Part shown: in pieces, positions 36,521 through 46,392 of the stretch
How the letters are laid out: each line of letters begins with the position of its first letter
Position numbering within the stretch: the stretch's first letter is position 1
Assembly (NCBI GenBank): GCA_030684405.1
Contig: JAUXYA010000029.1
Coordinates: 19,147-83,146, forward strand
DNA: 64,000 nt
Origin: Burkholderiales bacterium
GTDB lineage: Bacteria > Pseudomonadota > Gammaproteobacteria > Burkholderiales > SG8-41
Reading direction: 5' to 3'
Program-made: the position numbers and the translations under genes
Notes under the pieces: model-generated
The model's input: the letters and a program-made list of their open reading frames with translations, nothing else
Databases searched by the model: none
What the model was told of the DNA's origin: nothing

Positions 36521-37645
36521 ATGAACTACCGCATCCTGATACTCGGCGCATCGTACGGCTCGCTGCTGGGCAGCAAACTGCTGATGGCCGGCCACCGCGT
36601 CTCGCTGGTGTGCACCGCGCCCACCGCCCGCCTGATCAACCGCGAAGGCACGCAGGTGCGTTTCCCGCTGCGCGACCGCGCGCCGCTGGAACTCGATTCC
36701 CGCAGGCTGCCGGGCACTCTCGACGCGCTGACGCCGGACGCGGCCGATCCGCGGCAGTACGACCTCATCGTGCTCGGCATGCAGGAGGCCCAGTACGGCA
36801 GTGCCGGCGTGCGCGGGCTGATGCGCCGCATCGCGCGTACGCCCAAACCCTGCCTCGCGATCATGAACATGCCGCCGCTGCCCTACCTGCGTCGCCTGCC
36901 GGGCTTGTTTGTCGATGCGCTGGAGTCCTGCTACACCGATCCCGAACTGTGGGACGGCTTTGACCCCGCGCGGATCACTTTGGCCAGTCCCGATCCCCAG
37001 GCCTTCCGTCCGCCGGAAGCGGCGAAGAATGTGCTCCAGGTCGGCTTGCCGACCAACTTCAAGGCGGCGCGTTTCGAATCCGCGGAACACAATGCGCTGC
37101 TGCGCGATATCGAAGCCGGCATCGAAGCCGCGCGTTATGTCGAAGACGGCGTGGCGCTGGAAATCCCGGTCAAGCTGAAGGTCCACGACTCGCTGTTCGT
37201 GCCGCTCGCCAAATGGCCGATGCTGGCCACCGGCAACTACCGCTGTATCCGCCGGCACGACATGATTCCGATCCGCGAGGCCGTGCACGCCGACCTCGAG
37301 CGCTCGCGCCGCATCTACGACTGGACCGCCGGCCTGTGCATGAGCCTCGGCGCCGAGCCCGGGGACCTGGTGCCTTTCGACAAGTACGCCAAAGCCGCCG
37401 AAGGACTGGCCAAGCCTTCATCCGCGGCGCGCGCGCTGTTCGGTGGTGCGCAGCACATCGAGCGCGTCGATCGCCTGCTGCAGCTTGTGGCCTGGCAGCA
37501 GGGCAGCGAGTGCGCGGTGCTTGAAGAGATCGTCGGTTTCGTCGATGCGCGGCTGGAGACTAACCGTGCCGCCGCAGCGGTCCGCCAGCCGCCGTCGACA
37601 CCGCAACTGGGCTTCGTTCGGCTGCCGGAACCGGCGCTGGCCTGA
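36521..37645 (+). CDS. NAD(P)-binding oxidoreductase, ketopantoate-reductase (ApbA/PanE)-like N-terminus
   Basis: GGGAGA RBS. The N-terminus is MNYRILILGASYGSLLGSKLLMAGHRVSLV (Rossmann-like). The track ORF's upstream extension lies antisense to the XRE gene. Confidence 0.6.
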   Translation: MNYRILILGASYGSLLGSKLLMAGHRVSLVCTAPTARLINREGTQVRFPLRDRAPLELDSRRLPGTLDALTPDAADPRQYDLIVLGMQEAQYGSAGVRGLMRRIARTPKPCLAIMNMPPLPYLRRLPGLFVDALESCYTDPELWDGFDPARITLASPDPQAFRPPEAAKNVLQVGLPTNFKAARFESAEHNALLRDIEAGIEAARYVEDGVALEIPVKLKVHDSLFVPLAKWPMLATGNYRCIRRHDMIPIREAVHADLERSRRIYDWTAGLCMSLGAEPGDLVPFDKYAKAAEGLAKPSSAARALFGGAQHIERVDRLLQLVAWQQGSECAVLEEIVGFVDARLETNRAAAAVRQPPSTPQLGFVRLPEPALA

Positions 37646-37666
37646 GCGGCGACACTGCCGTCGCGC

Positions 37667-37931
37667 TCAGCGGAAGCGGATTTTCGCGATCAGGATCGAG
37701 CCGGCGAGCAGCAGTGTCACCGCATTGGCGAGGATCAGCGGCAGGTCGTTGATGAGTATTCCGTAAACCAGCCACAGCACGATGCCGGCGACCATCAGCG
37801 AGAACATCGTCAGCGACACATCGCGCGTCGAGCGCGTGCGCCAGGCCTGGATCGCCTGCGGCGCGAAGGCGGTGGTGGTGAGGATCGCGGCGGCGATGCC
37901 GATCCAGGTGGGGGAGAAGGGGGGGATTCAT
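37667..37931 (-). pseudogene. SemiSWEET (PQ-loop) transporter gene disrupted by a +1 frameshift in a G7/C7 tract next to the start codon
   Basis: The frame ending at the TGA (plus tca 37667-37669) reads ...TWIGIAAAILTTTAFAPQAIQAWRTRSTRDVSLTMFSLMVAGIVLWLVYGILINDLPLILANAVTLLLAGSILIAKIRFR. The only ATG (37929-37931) is one base out of frame across the run 37919-37925. Confidence 0.7.
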
Positions 37932-37953
37932 CCGGGATGTCCAGGTCGCGTGA

Positions 37954-38517
37954 TCAGCTTGCTTTGCGGTTTCCGGGGCGGGAGGAGGCAGGCGCGGGCG
38001 GCGCTTGCTCGAAATCCGCCAGCAGCTTCGCGAGCAGCCGGTCGAGTTCTGCAGTTTCCCGCGAATTGAGAGTCGCCAGCATGGCGGCGGTTTCCCGGAA
38101 ATGCACCGCGATGGCTTTGTTGGCCAGCGTGCGGCCGGTAGATGTAAGTCGCACGATTACACCGCGCCGGTCGGCCGGGTCGGGCCGACGCGCGACGAAG
38201 CCGAGCGCCTCGACGCGATCAATGCGGTTGGTCATTGCCCCTGAAGTCAGCAGGGACTGCCGCTGCAGTTCGGTGGGATTGAGCTCCCAGGGTTTTCCCG
38301 AGCGGCGCAGGGCAGCGATGAGACTGAAGGTTTCCCAGGTCAGTCCCAACGGCGACAGCCAGCCGTCGGCGCGGCGCAGGAAGTGGGCGTAGATGCGGGA
38401 GGAGCGGCCGAGGATGCCGAGCGGCCATGGATCGAGGTCGGGGCGCTCGCGCTGCCAGTCCTGGATGAAGCGGGCGATGGAGTCGGTCTGGACTTGTGGT
38501 GTTTTTTGTCTTGACAT
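37954..38517 (-). CDS. MarR-family transcriptional regulator
   Basis: ...LTSGAMTNRIDRVEALGFVARRPDPADRRGVIVRLTSTG..., a winged-helix pattern. Confidence 0.85.
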   Translation of the reverse strand: MSRQKTPQVQTDSIARFIQDWQRERPDLDPWPLGILGRSSRIYAHFLRRADGWLSPLGLTWETFSLIAALRRSGKPWELNPTELQRQSLLTSGAMTNRIDRVEALGFVARRPDPADRRGVIVRLTSTGRTLANKAIAVHFRETAAMLATLNSRETAELDRLLAKLLADFEQAPPAPASSRPGNRKAS

Positions 38518-38646
38518 AAATTATCTTTACATTAAGATTGTTTGCGGAAAGATTCTGTGCGCATTGTAACAACGACGCTTGGGCCATCCCCCGGCCGGAC
38601 GCTGCGTCAGGGCCGCAGCTCAACCATACAGGGAGGTCAGTTCCGC

Positions 38647-39042
38647 ATGGCAGCAACAATCGAATATCTCGAAGGCACTCCATTCCAGAAAAGCCGGGCG
38701 TTCTCGCCCGCGGTGGTCACCGAAGGCGGCCGCACCATCTGGCTTGCCGGGCAGACGGCCACGGAAGACGCGGCCGGAAAGGACATTTCCGGCGATTTTG
38801 CCGCCCAGGCGCGGCGCTGCTTCGAATTGATGGATGCCACGCTCAGACGTGCCGGGGCATCGTTAGCCAGTCTGGTAACCATGACCGTATTTATCAATGA
38901 TCCGCGCCACGGCGACAGCTTCGTCCAGATGCGTGCCGAGGTATTCAAGGACGGCCGCTTCCCGGCCAGTGCGCTGATCACTGTGTCCCACTTTGCAAGG
39001 CCCGGAATCGTCATCGAGATCCAGGGCATTGCAGTCGTCTGA
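38647..39042 (+). CDS. RidA/YjgF-family reactive-intermediate deaminase-like protein
   Basis: Internal Met MAATIEY. It contains ...RTIWLAGQTA..., VTMTVFI and ...PASALITVS...IEIQGIAV. Confidence 0.85.
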   Translation: MAATIEYLEGTPFQKSRAFSPAVVTEGGRTIWLAGQTATEDAAGKDISGDFAAQARRCFELMDATLRRAGASLASLVTMTVFINDPRHGDSFVQMRAEVFKDGRFPASALITVSHFARPGIVIEIQGIAVV

Positions 39043-39052
39043 GGAGATCGTC

Positions 39053-40024
39053 ATGAAAATCCTGATTTGCACGCTGGCACTCGCAGTAATCGGCCTTGCC
39101 GCACCGCTGGCTGCCGCCCAGCAGCCGTATCCCGTCAAACCGGTGCGCATTGTCGTCACCCTGGGCCCCGGCTCCGCTGGAGACCTGCTGTCCCGGCTGC
39201 TGGCCGAGCCGCTTGGCAAGGGCCTTGGTCAGACCGTGATCGTCGACAACCGGCCCGGCGCCGGCGGCAATGTGGCCGCGCAGATTGTCGCCAAGTCGCC
39301 GCCGGACGGTTACAACCTGTTTCTCACCACCATCAGCACGCATGGCATCAACCCGACGTTGTATGCGTCGCTGCCTTTCGATCCGATCAGGGATTTCGCG
39401 CCGATCACGCTGTCGGCCTCCAGTCCCAACGTGCTGGTCGTGCATCCCTCGATGCCGGTCAAGAGCGTGAAGGAGCTGATTGTCTTCGCCAAAACCCGTC
39501 CCGGCCAGTTGACCTACTCCTCCGGCGGCGCCGGTACCTCGCAGCACATGGCGGGGGAACTGTTCGACATGATGGCGGGCATCAAGACACAGCATGTGCC
39601 TTACCGGGCGACGCCGATGGCGGTTTCGTCGGTGCTGAGCGGAGAGACCGTGATGGCTTTTGCCAGCGTATCGGTGGCCCAGGAAACCGTGCGCAGCGGC
39701 AGGTTGCGCGGACTCGGCGTGACCAGCGCCGAACGCGTAGCCGCCTGGCCCGAGATGCAGACCATTGCCGAAGCCGGACTGCCCGGCTTTGATGTCGCTG
39801 CTTGGTTCGGCTTTTCGGCAACCGGCGGCACCCACCCCGACATTGTGCACCGCCTCAATGGCGAGTTCCGCAAGGCGCAGAAAGATCCAGCGGTCACTCA
39901 GCGCCTGGTCCAGCAGGGGATGCAAGTGCTGGAAAGTACACCCGAGGAATTTTCGCGCTACATCGTCGACGAGATTGCGAAGTGGGGCAAGGTGGTCAAA
40001 GTCTCGGGGGCACGCGTCAACTAG
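39053..40024 (+). CDS. Bug-family (TctC-like) substrate-binding protein
   Basis: GAGGAG RBS, signal peptide, then [23 protein letters not shown]...DNRPGAGGN...PDGYN. Confidence 0.9.
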   Translation: MKILICTLALAVIGLAAPLAAAQQPYPVKPVRIVVTLGPGSAGDLLSRLLAEPLGKGLGQTVIVDNRPGAGGNVAAQIVAKSPPDGYNLFLTTISTHGINPTLYASLPFDPIRDFAPITLSASSPNVLVVHPSMPVKSVKELIVFAKTRPGQLTYSSGGAGTSQHMAGELFDMMAGIKTQHVPYRATPMAVSSVLSGETVMAFASVSVAQETVRSGRLRGLGVTSAERVAAWPEMQTIAEAGLPGFDVAAWFGFSATGGTHPDIVHRLNGEFRKAQKDPAVTQRLVQQGMQVLESTPEEFSRYIVDEIAKWGKVVKVSGARVN

Positions 40025-40048
40025 GAGACTGACGGCGGCTGACCGCCG

Positions 40049-40888
40049 TCAGCGCTGCGCCGGCGCGACCTGGTGAAAGAATTCGAGCATCATGAACTCC
40101 TCCAGCCCCGAGTTGTCCTGGGCGCGCGCAGACAGCGTCACTCTGCGTCCGAGCCGCTGCGACACCCAGACAAATTCTTCCTGAGTGTTCTCGCGGATCA
40201 GCGCGATCATCCGGCGCACCACGGCGACCCGGATGTCGGAGTTGCTGCCCTTGTGCACGGCGATCAGTTGCCGGGTGTTACGGCCGATGTCGCTGCGCCA
40301 GCCGTAGTAGGTGAATTCGGCGTAGTCGCTGCCCAGTTGCTCGATGTTGAACATACCGCCGGCTTTTTTCGGGTCGTAACCGAAAGCCTGATCCCGCGGC
40401 GAGCCGATATTGGCTTCGATAATGCGCCGGGCGCGTTCGTCCCCGTCTTCGGCCGGAGGCGCCGGGGGTATATCAGGTCGGTTGCGGCGTCGTGCCTCAA
40501 TATAAGAGGACAGGTCGCCGGTCATCGCGGGTGGCGGCAGCGGCGGTGCGATGATCGTCGGTATCGGTGCGACGGGTGCTGGTTTGAGTTCCGCTACCGG
40601 AGGTACGGGTATGGGTGGCAGTGCCGGTTTTGGTCGCGGCTGAGGTGCCGGCGGTCGCGTTGCGACCGGCGGCGGATCCGCGGGTGCGACCGGGCTGCGG
40701 GGGACCAGTCGCAGGTTCAGCGCGCTGCGCTGGGCGGGATCGTCGCTGATCTCCACCGGCTGCAGCGGCGTCTGCGGGGTGACCCACAGCGTGGCGGCAT
40801 GTATCAGCAGCGACAGCGCGAGCGCAGCCGCTATTCGCGATGTCGCAACACTGTTTCTACTGTGAGAAAGGTCGTTTCGGTTGTTCAT
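40049..40888 (-). CDS. membrane-anchored protein with Pro-rich linker and uncharacterised C-terminal domain
   Basis: N-terminal TM helix (IAAALALSLLIHAATLWV) and a TonB-like Pro-rich spacer. The C-terminal domain does not look like TonB_C. Confidence 0.55.
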   Translation of the reverse strand: MNNRNDLSHSRNSVATSRIAAALALSLLIHAATLWVTPQTPLQPVEISDDPAQRSALNLRLVPRSPVAPADPPPVATRPPAPQPRPKPALPPIPVPPVAELKPAPVAPIPTIIAPPLPPPAMTGDLSSYIEARRRNRPDIPPAPPAEDGDERARRIIEANIGSPRDQAFGYDPKKAGGMFNIEQLGSDYAEFTYYGWRSDIGRNTRQLIAVHKGSNSDIRVAVVRRMIALIRENTQEEFVWVSQRLGRRVTLSARAQDNSGLEEFMMLEFFHQVAPAQR

Positions 40889-41036
40889 CGAGTCGTTGCT
40901 GCCACCTCCGGCTGGTGGGAACAGCGCGTAACGGCGCCGTTAGTTCGCGTGACCGGGGGCGCGACTAAAGTTCGTGGTTTGCCTGCTTAATATTATAAGT
41001 ATTTGTTTTTATTGGTTATTTCAATTAATTCTGCAG

Positions 41037-41948
41037 TCAGTGCACCGCCAGCCACTGCAGCAGCATTCCTGCAGCCAATATTGTCGCGAGGCACAGCACC
41101 CAGCCGGTGCTGACCACGGCTACCCGCAGGCGATGCGCGCGCGGTCGCAGCATCAGGCGCGACATCGCGTAAATGAAACCGACCGCCATCGCCGGCGCGA
41201 GCCATACCCCGAACATCATCTGCATCAGCAGCGCGCGCCGGATCTCGAGATCAATTGCCGCGTCCTGCGCCACACTGAGTAATCCCGCGAGTGCGACCAG
41301 TGGCAGCCCGGAGAGTATGCCGCTCGTGCCATCTTTCCAGCGAAAGCGCGGCGGCAGAACGATCAGCAGCCATAGCGCCAATGCGAAGAGCAGTGTTCTC
41401 TGCCATGTCAGCACAGGCCGCGAGCCGCCGATTTCCGTAGCAGAGGTTCCGGCGAACGCCCACCACAGCAGCGTCAGCACCAGGCCTCCAGCCGTCACCG
41501 CGATTACATATGCCGGCTGCAGACGCAGCAACACGCCACCGCGCACGAAGCCGCGTGTCACCAGCACCAGCCACAGCAAAGCCACGGTTGCGGCGAGACT
41601 CCAGGCCAGCGCTGTGGCGAGCGCTGGTGTCGCGAACAACCCAAACAGCAACAGGTAGGCCAGGCACAAGACGCCGTTGAGCAGTGGCATCCACAGCATG
41701 GTGGAAGTGATCGGGCCGACGGTGTCCCGGCGCGACAGGATGAACGCAAGCCCGTTCAGCGCCGGAAAGGTCAACATCAGTCCGGCCGCCGCGGGAAAAC
41801 GCCCGGCCAGTGCCACGATCAGCGCGAATACCGCCGTGCCGGCAGCGACACGCAGGAAAATGTTCAGCAAGGCAGGGAATCGGTCAGGTGGACAAGCCGT
41901 AGTCAGCAACACGGAGTCGGGATAAGGAAATCCGCTTTTGAACTCCAA
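41037..41948 (-). CDS. polytopic inner-membrane protein of unknown function
   Basis: 303 aa composed of about 8-9 hydrophobic segments. It lies 12 nt downstream of cbpM on the same strand. Confidence 0.6.
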   Translation of the reverse strand: MEFKSGFPYPDSVLLTTACPPDRFPALLNIFLRVAAGTAVFALIVALAGRFPAAAGLMLTFPALNGLAFILSRRDTVGPITSTMLWMPLLNGVLCLAYLLLFGLFATPALATALAWSLAATVALLWLVLVTRGFVRGGVLLRLQPAYVIAVTAGGLVLTLLWWAFAGTSATEIGGSRPVLTWQRTLLFALALWLLIVLPPRFRWKDGTSGILSGLPLVALAGLLSVAQDAAIDLEIRRALLMQMMFGVWLAPAMAVGFIYAMSRLMLRPRAHRLRVAVVSTGWVLCLATILAAGMLLQWLAVH

Positions 41949-41960
41949 ATGAGCGGGGCT

Positions 41961-42284
41961 TTAGCGTTGCTCCGGCTGTCGAGCGCGCAGGTCACGCACC
42001 TGCCCCTCGAGATCCTGGATTTGCTCCAATAGCGAAATCATTAATGCCACGCTGTGGGGTTCAAGGTCAAAACTGATGCGGAGCCTGCAGGCGGTGCGCA
42101 CCGTCAGCAGGCACTTGCCGTTGAACATCCACGGGGAAGATTCCGGGTCGATGGGTGTGACGGCGCCGTAATCGATGAGTTCGCGCAGTTCGGATTCCGG
42201 GAGTCCGGAGATCTCCGCCAGTTCTGCCAGCGAGAACACACTGTCCCCGGTCAGCCATACTGCTTCAGCATGTTCAGGCGGCAT
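41961..42284 (-). CDS. cbpM: chaperone modulatory protein CbpM (MerR-like)
   Basis: ...[26 protein letters not shown]... It lies immediately downstream of cbpA and overlaps it. Confidence 0.8.
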   Translation of the reverse strand: MPPEHAEAVWLTGDSVFSLAELAEISGLPESELRELIDYGAVTPIDPESSPWMFNGKCLLTVRTACRLRISFDLEPHSVALMISLLEQIQDLEGQVRDLRARQPEQR

Positions 42285-43215
42285 GGTTCATCTCCTTTTG
42301 CAGGTGTGCACGCGGATTAAAGGTCGAGTCTTTCGCGAGCTGTTCATACAATCCGCGCTCCGCATCAGTGGCGGTTTCGGGCACTACAATCTGCGTGATT
42401 ATGAAAAGGTCGCCTTCCTTGCCATGGGGTCGGGGCAGGCCGCGCCCGGACAAGCGCAACTTCCGGCCGGCAGGCGAATTCGGCGGCACCTTCAGGCGCA
42501 CCGGTCCGGCCAGTGTGGGGACGTCGATGCTCGCCCCCAGTACGGCTTCCCACGGCGCCAGCGGCAGATCAAGGTAGAGGTCATGTCCGCTTACCCTGAA
42601 CAGCGGATGCGCTTGCAGGGTAATGGTGAGGTAGAGGTCGCCGTCGCGGCCGCCGTTCAGTCCTTTGCCGCCGCGACCGGCCAGGCGCAGGCGTTGTCCG
42701 TCAGTGGCGCCTTTTGGAATGCGCACCTTGAGCTTGCGGGGTACGCGATGCAGGCGTCCCTGCGCATCGGGCTCGGGAAGGCCAAGGTTCAATTCAACTT
42801 CCGTACCTTGATAGGCATCCATTAAGGAGATCGTAGTGGCAACGTCGTAATCCTGGCCCGGCATGCGGATATGCCCGCCGGCATGCCGACCGCCGGAGAG
42901 TCCGGCAAAGAGATCTGCCAGGTCGGCTTCGTCGAACGAGAACTGCGCATCGCCATGCTGCTCGCCCCATCCGGGCGGCGGCTGGAAATCCTGTCCCGGC
43001 TGATGGCGGCCGAGCTGGTCATAGGCGGCGCGTTTTTCCGGGTTCTTCAGAGTCTCGTAGGCCTCTGCAACTTCCTTGAATTTTTCCTCACCCTGGGGAT
43101 CCTTGGAGACGTCCGGATGGTACTTGTGGGCGAGTTTGCGATAGGCCTTCTTGATGGCCTCGGTGGTGGCGCTGCGGTCGACGCCGAGGACGCTGTAGTA
43201 GTCCTTGTACTTCAT
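42274..43215 (-). CDS. cbpA: curved-DNA-binding protein CbpA (DnaJ-class co-chaperone lacking the zinc finger)
   Basis: J domain [14 protein letters not shown]...[15 protein letters not shown], with C-terminal DnaJ_C repeats; 313 aa. Confidence 0.9.
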   Translation of the reverse strand: MKYKDYYSVLGVDRSATTEAIKKAYRKLAHKYHPDVSKDPQGEEKFKEVAEAYETLKNPEKRAAYDQLGRHQPGQDFQPPPGWGEQHGDAQFSFDEADLADLFAGLSGGRHAGGHIRMPGQDYDVATTISLMDAYQGTEVELNLGLPEPDAQGRLHRVPRKLKVRIPKGATDGQRLRLAGRGGKGLNGGRDGDLYLTITLQAHPLFRVSGHDLYLDLPLAPWEAVLGASIDVPTLAGPVRLKVPPNSPAGRKLRLSGRGLPRPHGKEGDLFIITQIVVPETATDAERGLYEQLAKDSTFNPRAHLQKEMNHAA

Positions 43216-43445
43216 TCCTGTTTCCCCGGCGATAGAGGGTTAATGGAGACCCTGCGATGGGCACTCATGCATGGGACTGTCAGCAGTCTACACGCAACGT
43301 GCGGGCCGGCGATTGTCGCCCGGCTGGGGGCAAAACCCGCAGGGATTCCGCGGACCCGGTTCCTTTTGTGGTGTGGCGAACATACTTTGCGTGCATTGCT
43401 CTACATACTCCGGCGCCCTCACTACAATCCTGGAGAAACATCGAT

Positions 43446-43928
43446 ATGAAAAAACTACTCATGGCAGCAACCGTTGCCGCCGCTCTTGTCGCGGGACAGG
43501 CTTCCGCTCAGATGTATATGGGCGCCGGCGTCGGTTCGTCCAAACTGGACAACCGCGAAGATTCCTGGAAACTTTACGGTGGTTACCAGTTCAACCCGAC
43601 CTGGGGTGCTGAACTCGGCTACAACGACCTGGGCCAGAATCGCGGTGGGGATATGGAATCATGGACGCTGGCCGGAACGGGCACATTGCCCTTGAATGAA
43701 CGCTGGTCAATGCTTGGCAAACTCGGTGTGGCGTCAAACCGTCCCCATTTTGCCGGTTCCAGCAATCGTACGGGTCTGCTCGTGGGAGTAGGCGTCGGTT
43801 ACACCCTGAGCCGCAATGTCGGCCTGCGTGTCGAATACGAGGATTTTGGCAAACTGTCGAAAAACAACATCGGCTCGAACACTAAAGGCAACAACGTGAG
43901 CGTTAGCCTGAAATACATGTTCTTTTGA
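43446..43928 (+). CDS. small outer-membrane beta-barrel protein (OmpA-membrane/OmpW-like 8-strand type)
   Basis: Internal Met MKKLLMAATVAAALVAGQASAQ, alternating beta pattern, and a C-terminal ...VSLKYMFF. Confidence 0.8.
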   Translation: MKKLLMAATVAAALVAGQASAQMYMGAGVGSSKLDNREDSWKLYGGYQFNPTWGAELGYNDLGQNRGGDMESWTLAGTGTLPLNERWSMLGKLGVASNRPHFAGSSNRTGLLVGVGVGYTLSRNVGLRVEYEDFGKLSKNNIGSNTKGNNVSVSLKYMFF

Positions 43929-44016
43929 GTTTCCGAAGTTCACGCTGCAACAGCCGACGTTCCGGCGCATGCCGGAGCGACGGTAATTTTATTGATGCCG
44001 GTTAAGCACCGGGAAA

Positions 44017-44041
44017 AGCCGGGAGCAATCCCGGCTTTTTC
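44017..44041 (+). terminator. rho-independent terminator
   Basis: agccggga-gcaa-tcccggct followed by ttttt. Confidence 0.7.
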
Positions 44042-45256
44042 AATGGGGATTGCGGCGAGAACGATTTGCGGAGATCCCGGTGTTTCAGCGCGAGGAGCCA
44101 CTTCCAGTGCCACTTGGCACAACAGAACGCCTGTGCGGGTCAAGCGTGTCGAGATTTTCCCGGGCAATGAGCTAGTTCATTCTCGTGAAAAATGACGCCC
44201 AGGCGTTTATTGGAAAAGTTGACCGAATAACTGGTCTTGCCATCCCGGCGGCGGGTAAAAACAAACTTGATGACCCCTTCGCCGCGGGCGGTACTGACGG
44301 TTTCAAGAACACGGTACTCCGTCCGCGGTTTATTCCGCCGGGTCTGCATGACCGATTTTTGGGTGTGTGACAAAAATGCGCTCGATTCTTTATCAGGGAC
44401 CGCCGAGGATCGTGCTCCGGATCACAAAGTATTTATCTCATTTGCCAGCCTGCTTATCTGTACGGGAACGCACCTAATGCGCAAGCTGTTCGTGGTGTGC
44501 GCTAGCGTACGGACCCAACTTTTATCGGGATGCATCCTGTTTCGCAGCGTTAACTTGTAGCTTTTGTCAAACGCCCGCAGGAGCGCGCCATACCGGTGCC
44601 ACTCGCTCTGCAACATCAAAACAAGGATGAAACGGATGAATGCTTCTCGGGTTGTGACGGGTGCACTTGGTGAAAGGCGGAAGCACCCGGCGCGGCGAGA
44701 AACCATCGCGGTTCTGGTCGAGCACCTGTCCCTGGCGCAGAGAACGGGCCAGTGGCTTGCCAACGAGACCCACGGGGATGCGTATTCCAGTGTGCGCGAA
44801 CTGAATGAACACTTGCATCAGGCACAGTGCAAGCTGCGCGCCATCCAGAACAACCTGCCGCTGCTCGTTGAGCAGGCCGCAGATGGCGCGAATTCCCGGT
44901 CCACGTTAACCGGAACGTAGCGGCAGGTGGCATGAGTCCATGCACTGTCTTGGCCGGAATCATTGAACCAGGGACTTCCGTTAGGGCTTATGCGCCGTTA
45001 TCACGGCTACGGATCTGATTCACACTTTCCGTGAACTGGTTTTCCAAAAGCTTCTTGGTGGTCGACTCCTTTGGCCGGCCCGGCAGATGCTTGCGCAGTA
45101 TGTCGATGAAATGTTCGTCAAGTCACGTCATGGTTCGATGCACAACCATTTGGCAGCGCTTGCCGCGAGTACAGAACGTCCTATACACTCGTAATCACAA
45201 AGGCAGAATCGCGCGCGACACCTGCCGCACTTCAATAATAGTGAGGAGGAGTTGTC

Positions 45257-46234
45257 ATGACATCCACGAGTAAACTGTTGTTGGCTGTCCTTTGTGTCCC
45301 GTTGTTCCAATTCGGCGGTGCGTCGGTGGCGATGGCGCAGGGGTATCCATCGAAAGCGATACGCGTTGTCTCGCCTTCGGGCGCCGGTGGTCCGGTCGAC
45401 ACGATATGTCGGGCGTTGATGCAGAACCTGAGTCAGGTTCTGGGTGAACAGATTTTCGTCGAGAACCGTGTTGGTGCGGCGGGCCTGATCGGCACCGAGC
45501 ACGTCACCAAGCAGCCTCCTGACGGTTACACGCTGCTCTTCGGTTTCTCTGGTCCGCTCGCGATTGTGCCGCATCTCAATCCCAACACGCCGTACGACCC
45601 TTTGCGTGATCTTGTGCCGATATCGATGGTGGCGGTTGCCCCGTACATCCTGCTTGTGCATCCCAGCGTGCCGGCAAAATCAGTTAAAGAGCTGATCGCG
45701 CTGGCAAAGGTACGTCCCGGCAGAGTCAACTTCGGTTCGGCGGGCACAGGTGTGGGCATACACATGGCGGGGGAGTTGTTGAAGGTTGCAGCAGGTATCG
45801 ACATCGTGCACGTGCCCTACAAGGGTGCCGCCCCCGCGGTCACTGCGCTTATCGCGGGTGAAATCGACATGATGTTTAATGGTATTTCGCCGTCCTTGCC
45901 GCATATCGGAGCGGGCAGGGTGCGGGCCCTGGCTGTCGGTGGTGCCAAGCGTTCGCCGCTACTGCCTGACCTGCCCACGGTCATGGAGGCAGGTTTCGAC
46001 TTCAACACCGAGGGCTGGTACGGAGTACTTGCACCCCGAGGCACACCACAGTCCGTGATCTCGACGTTGCACAAAGGAATCGTCAAGGCTCTCGAAAGCC
46101 AGAACCTGAAGGCTTTGTACACGAAACTCGGCGCAGAAGGAGTGGGCAACACGCCAGATGAATTTGCCCGGCTGATACGCGCGGAAGGTGCGTTGTGGGC
46201 CAAGGTAATCAAGGTTGCAGGCATCAAGATGTAG
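45257..46234 (+). CDS. Bug-family (TctC-like) substrate-binding protein
   Basis: GAGGAGGAG RBS, signal peptide, then YPSKAIRVVSPSGAGGPVDTICR... Confidence 0.9.
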   Translation: MTSTSKLLLAVLCVPLFQFGGASVAMAQGYPSKAIRVVSPSGAGGPVDTICRALMQNLSQVLGEQIFVENRVGAAGLIGTEHVTKQPPDGYTLLFGFSGPLAIVPHLNPNTPYDPLRDLVPISMVAVAPYILLVHPSVPAKSVKELIALAKVRPGRVNFGSAGTGVGIHMAGELLKVAAGIDIVHVPYKGAAPAVTALIAGEIDMMFNGISPSLPHIGAGRVRALAVGGAKRSPLLPDLPTVMEAGFDFNTEGWYGVLAPRGTPQSVISTLHKGIVKALESQNLKALYTKLGAEGVGNTPDEFARLIRAEGALWAKVIKVAGIKM

Positions 46235-46392
46235 AGCCAACGGCGACAGCGCCGGATGTGACTTTACCTCTTGTTGTGCCCGGCGCGCCGGCGAGAAAAC
46301 TGACTGGTTTGCTTTTACTCGTTCCTGCAGAGTGTAACCCGTTGACTTAGGGCGCTTGTCCGGCTTGGCGGGGTTGCTTTTTACCGGCCGGA

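Noticed and set aside
39011-40990. ORFs 39011..39925 (minus, 304 aa) and 40073..40990 (plus, 305 aa)
   Set aside because: They are antisense to a canonical Bug gene and to the Pro-rich membrane-anchored protein gene. The translations are repetitive Arg/Gly/His sequence.
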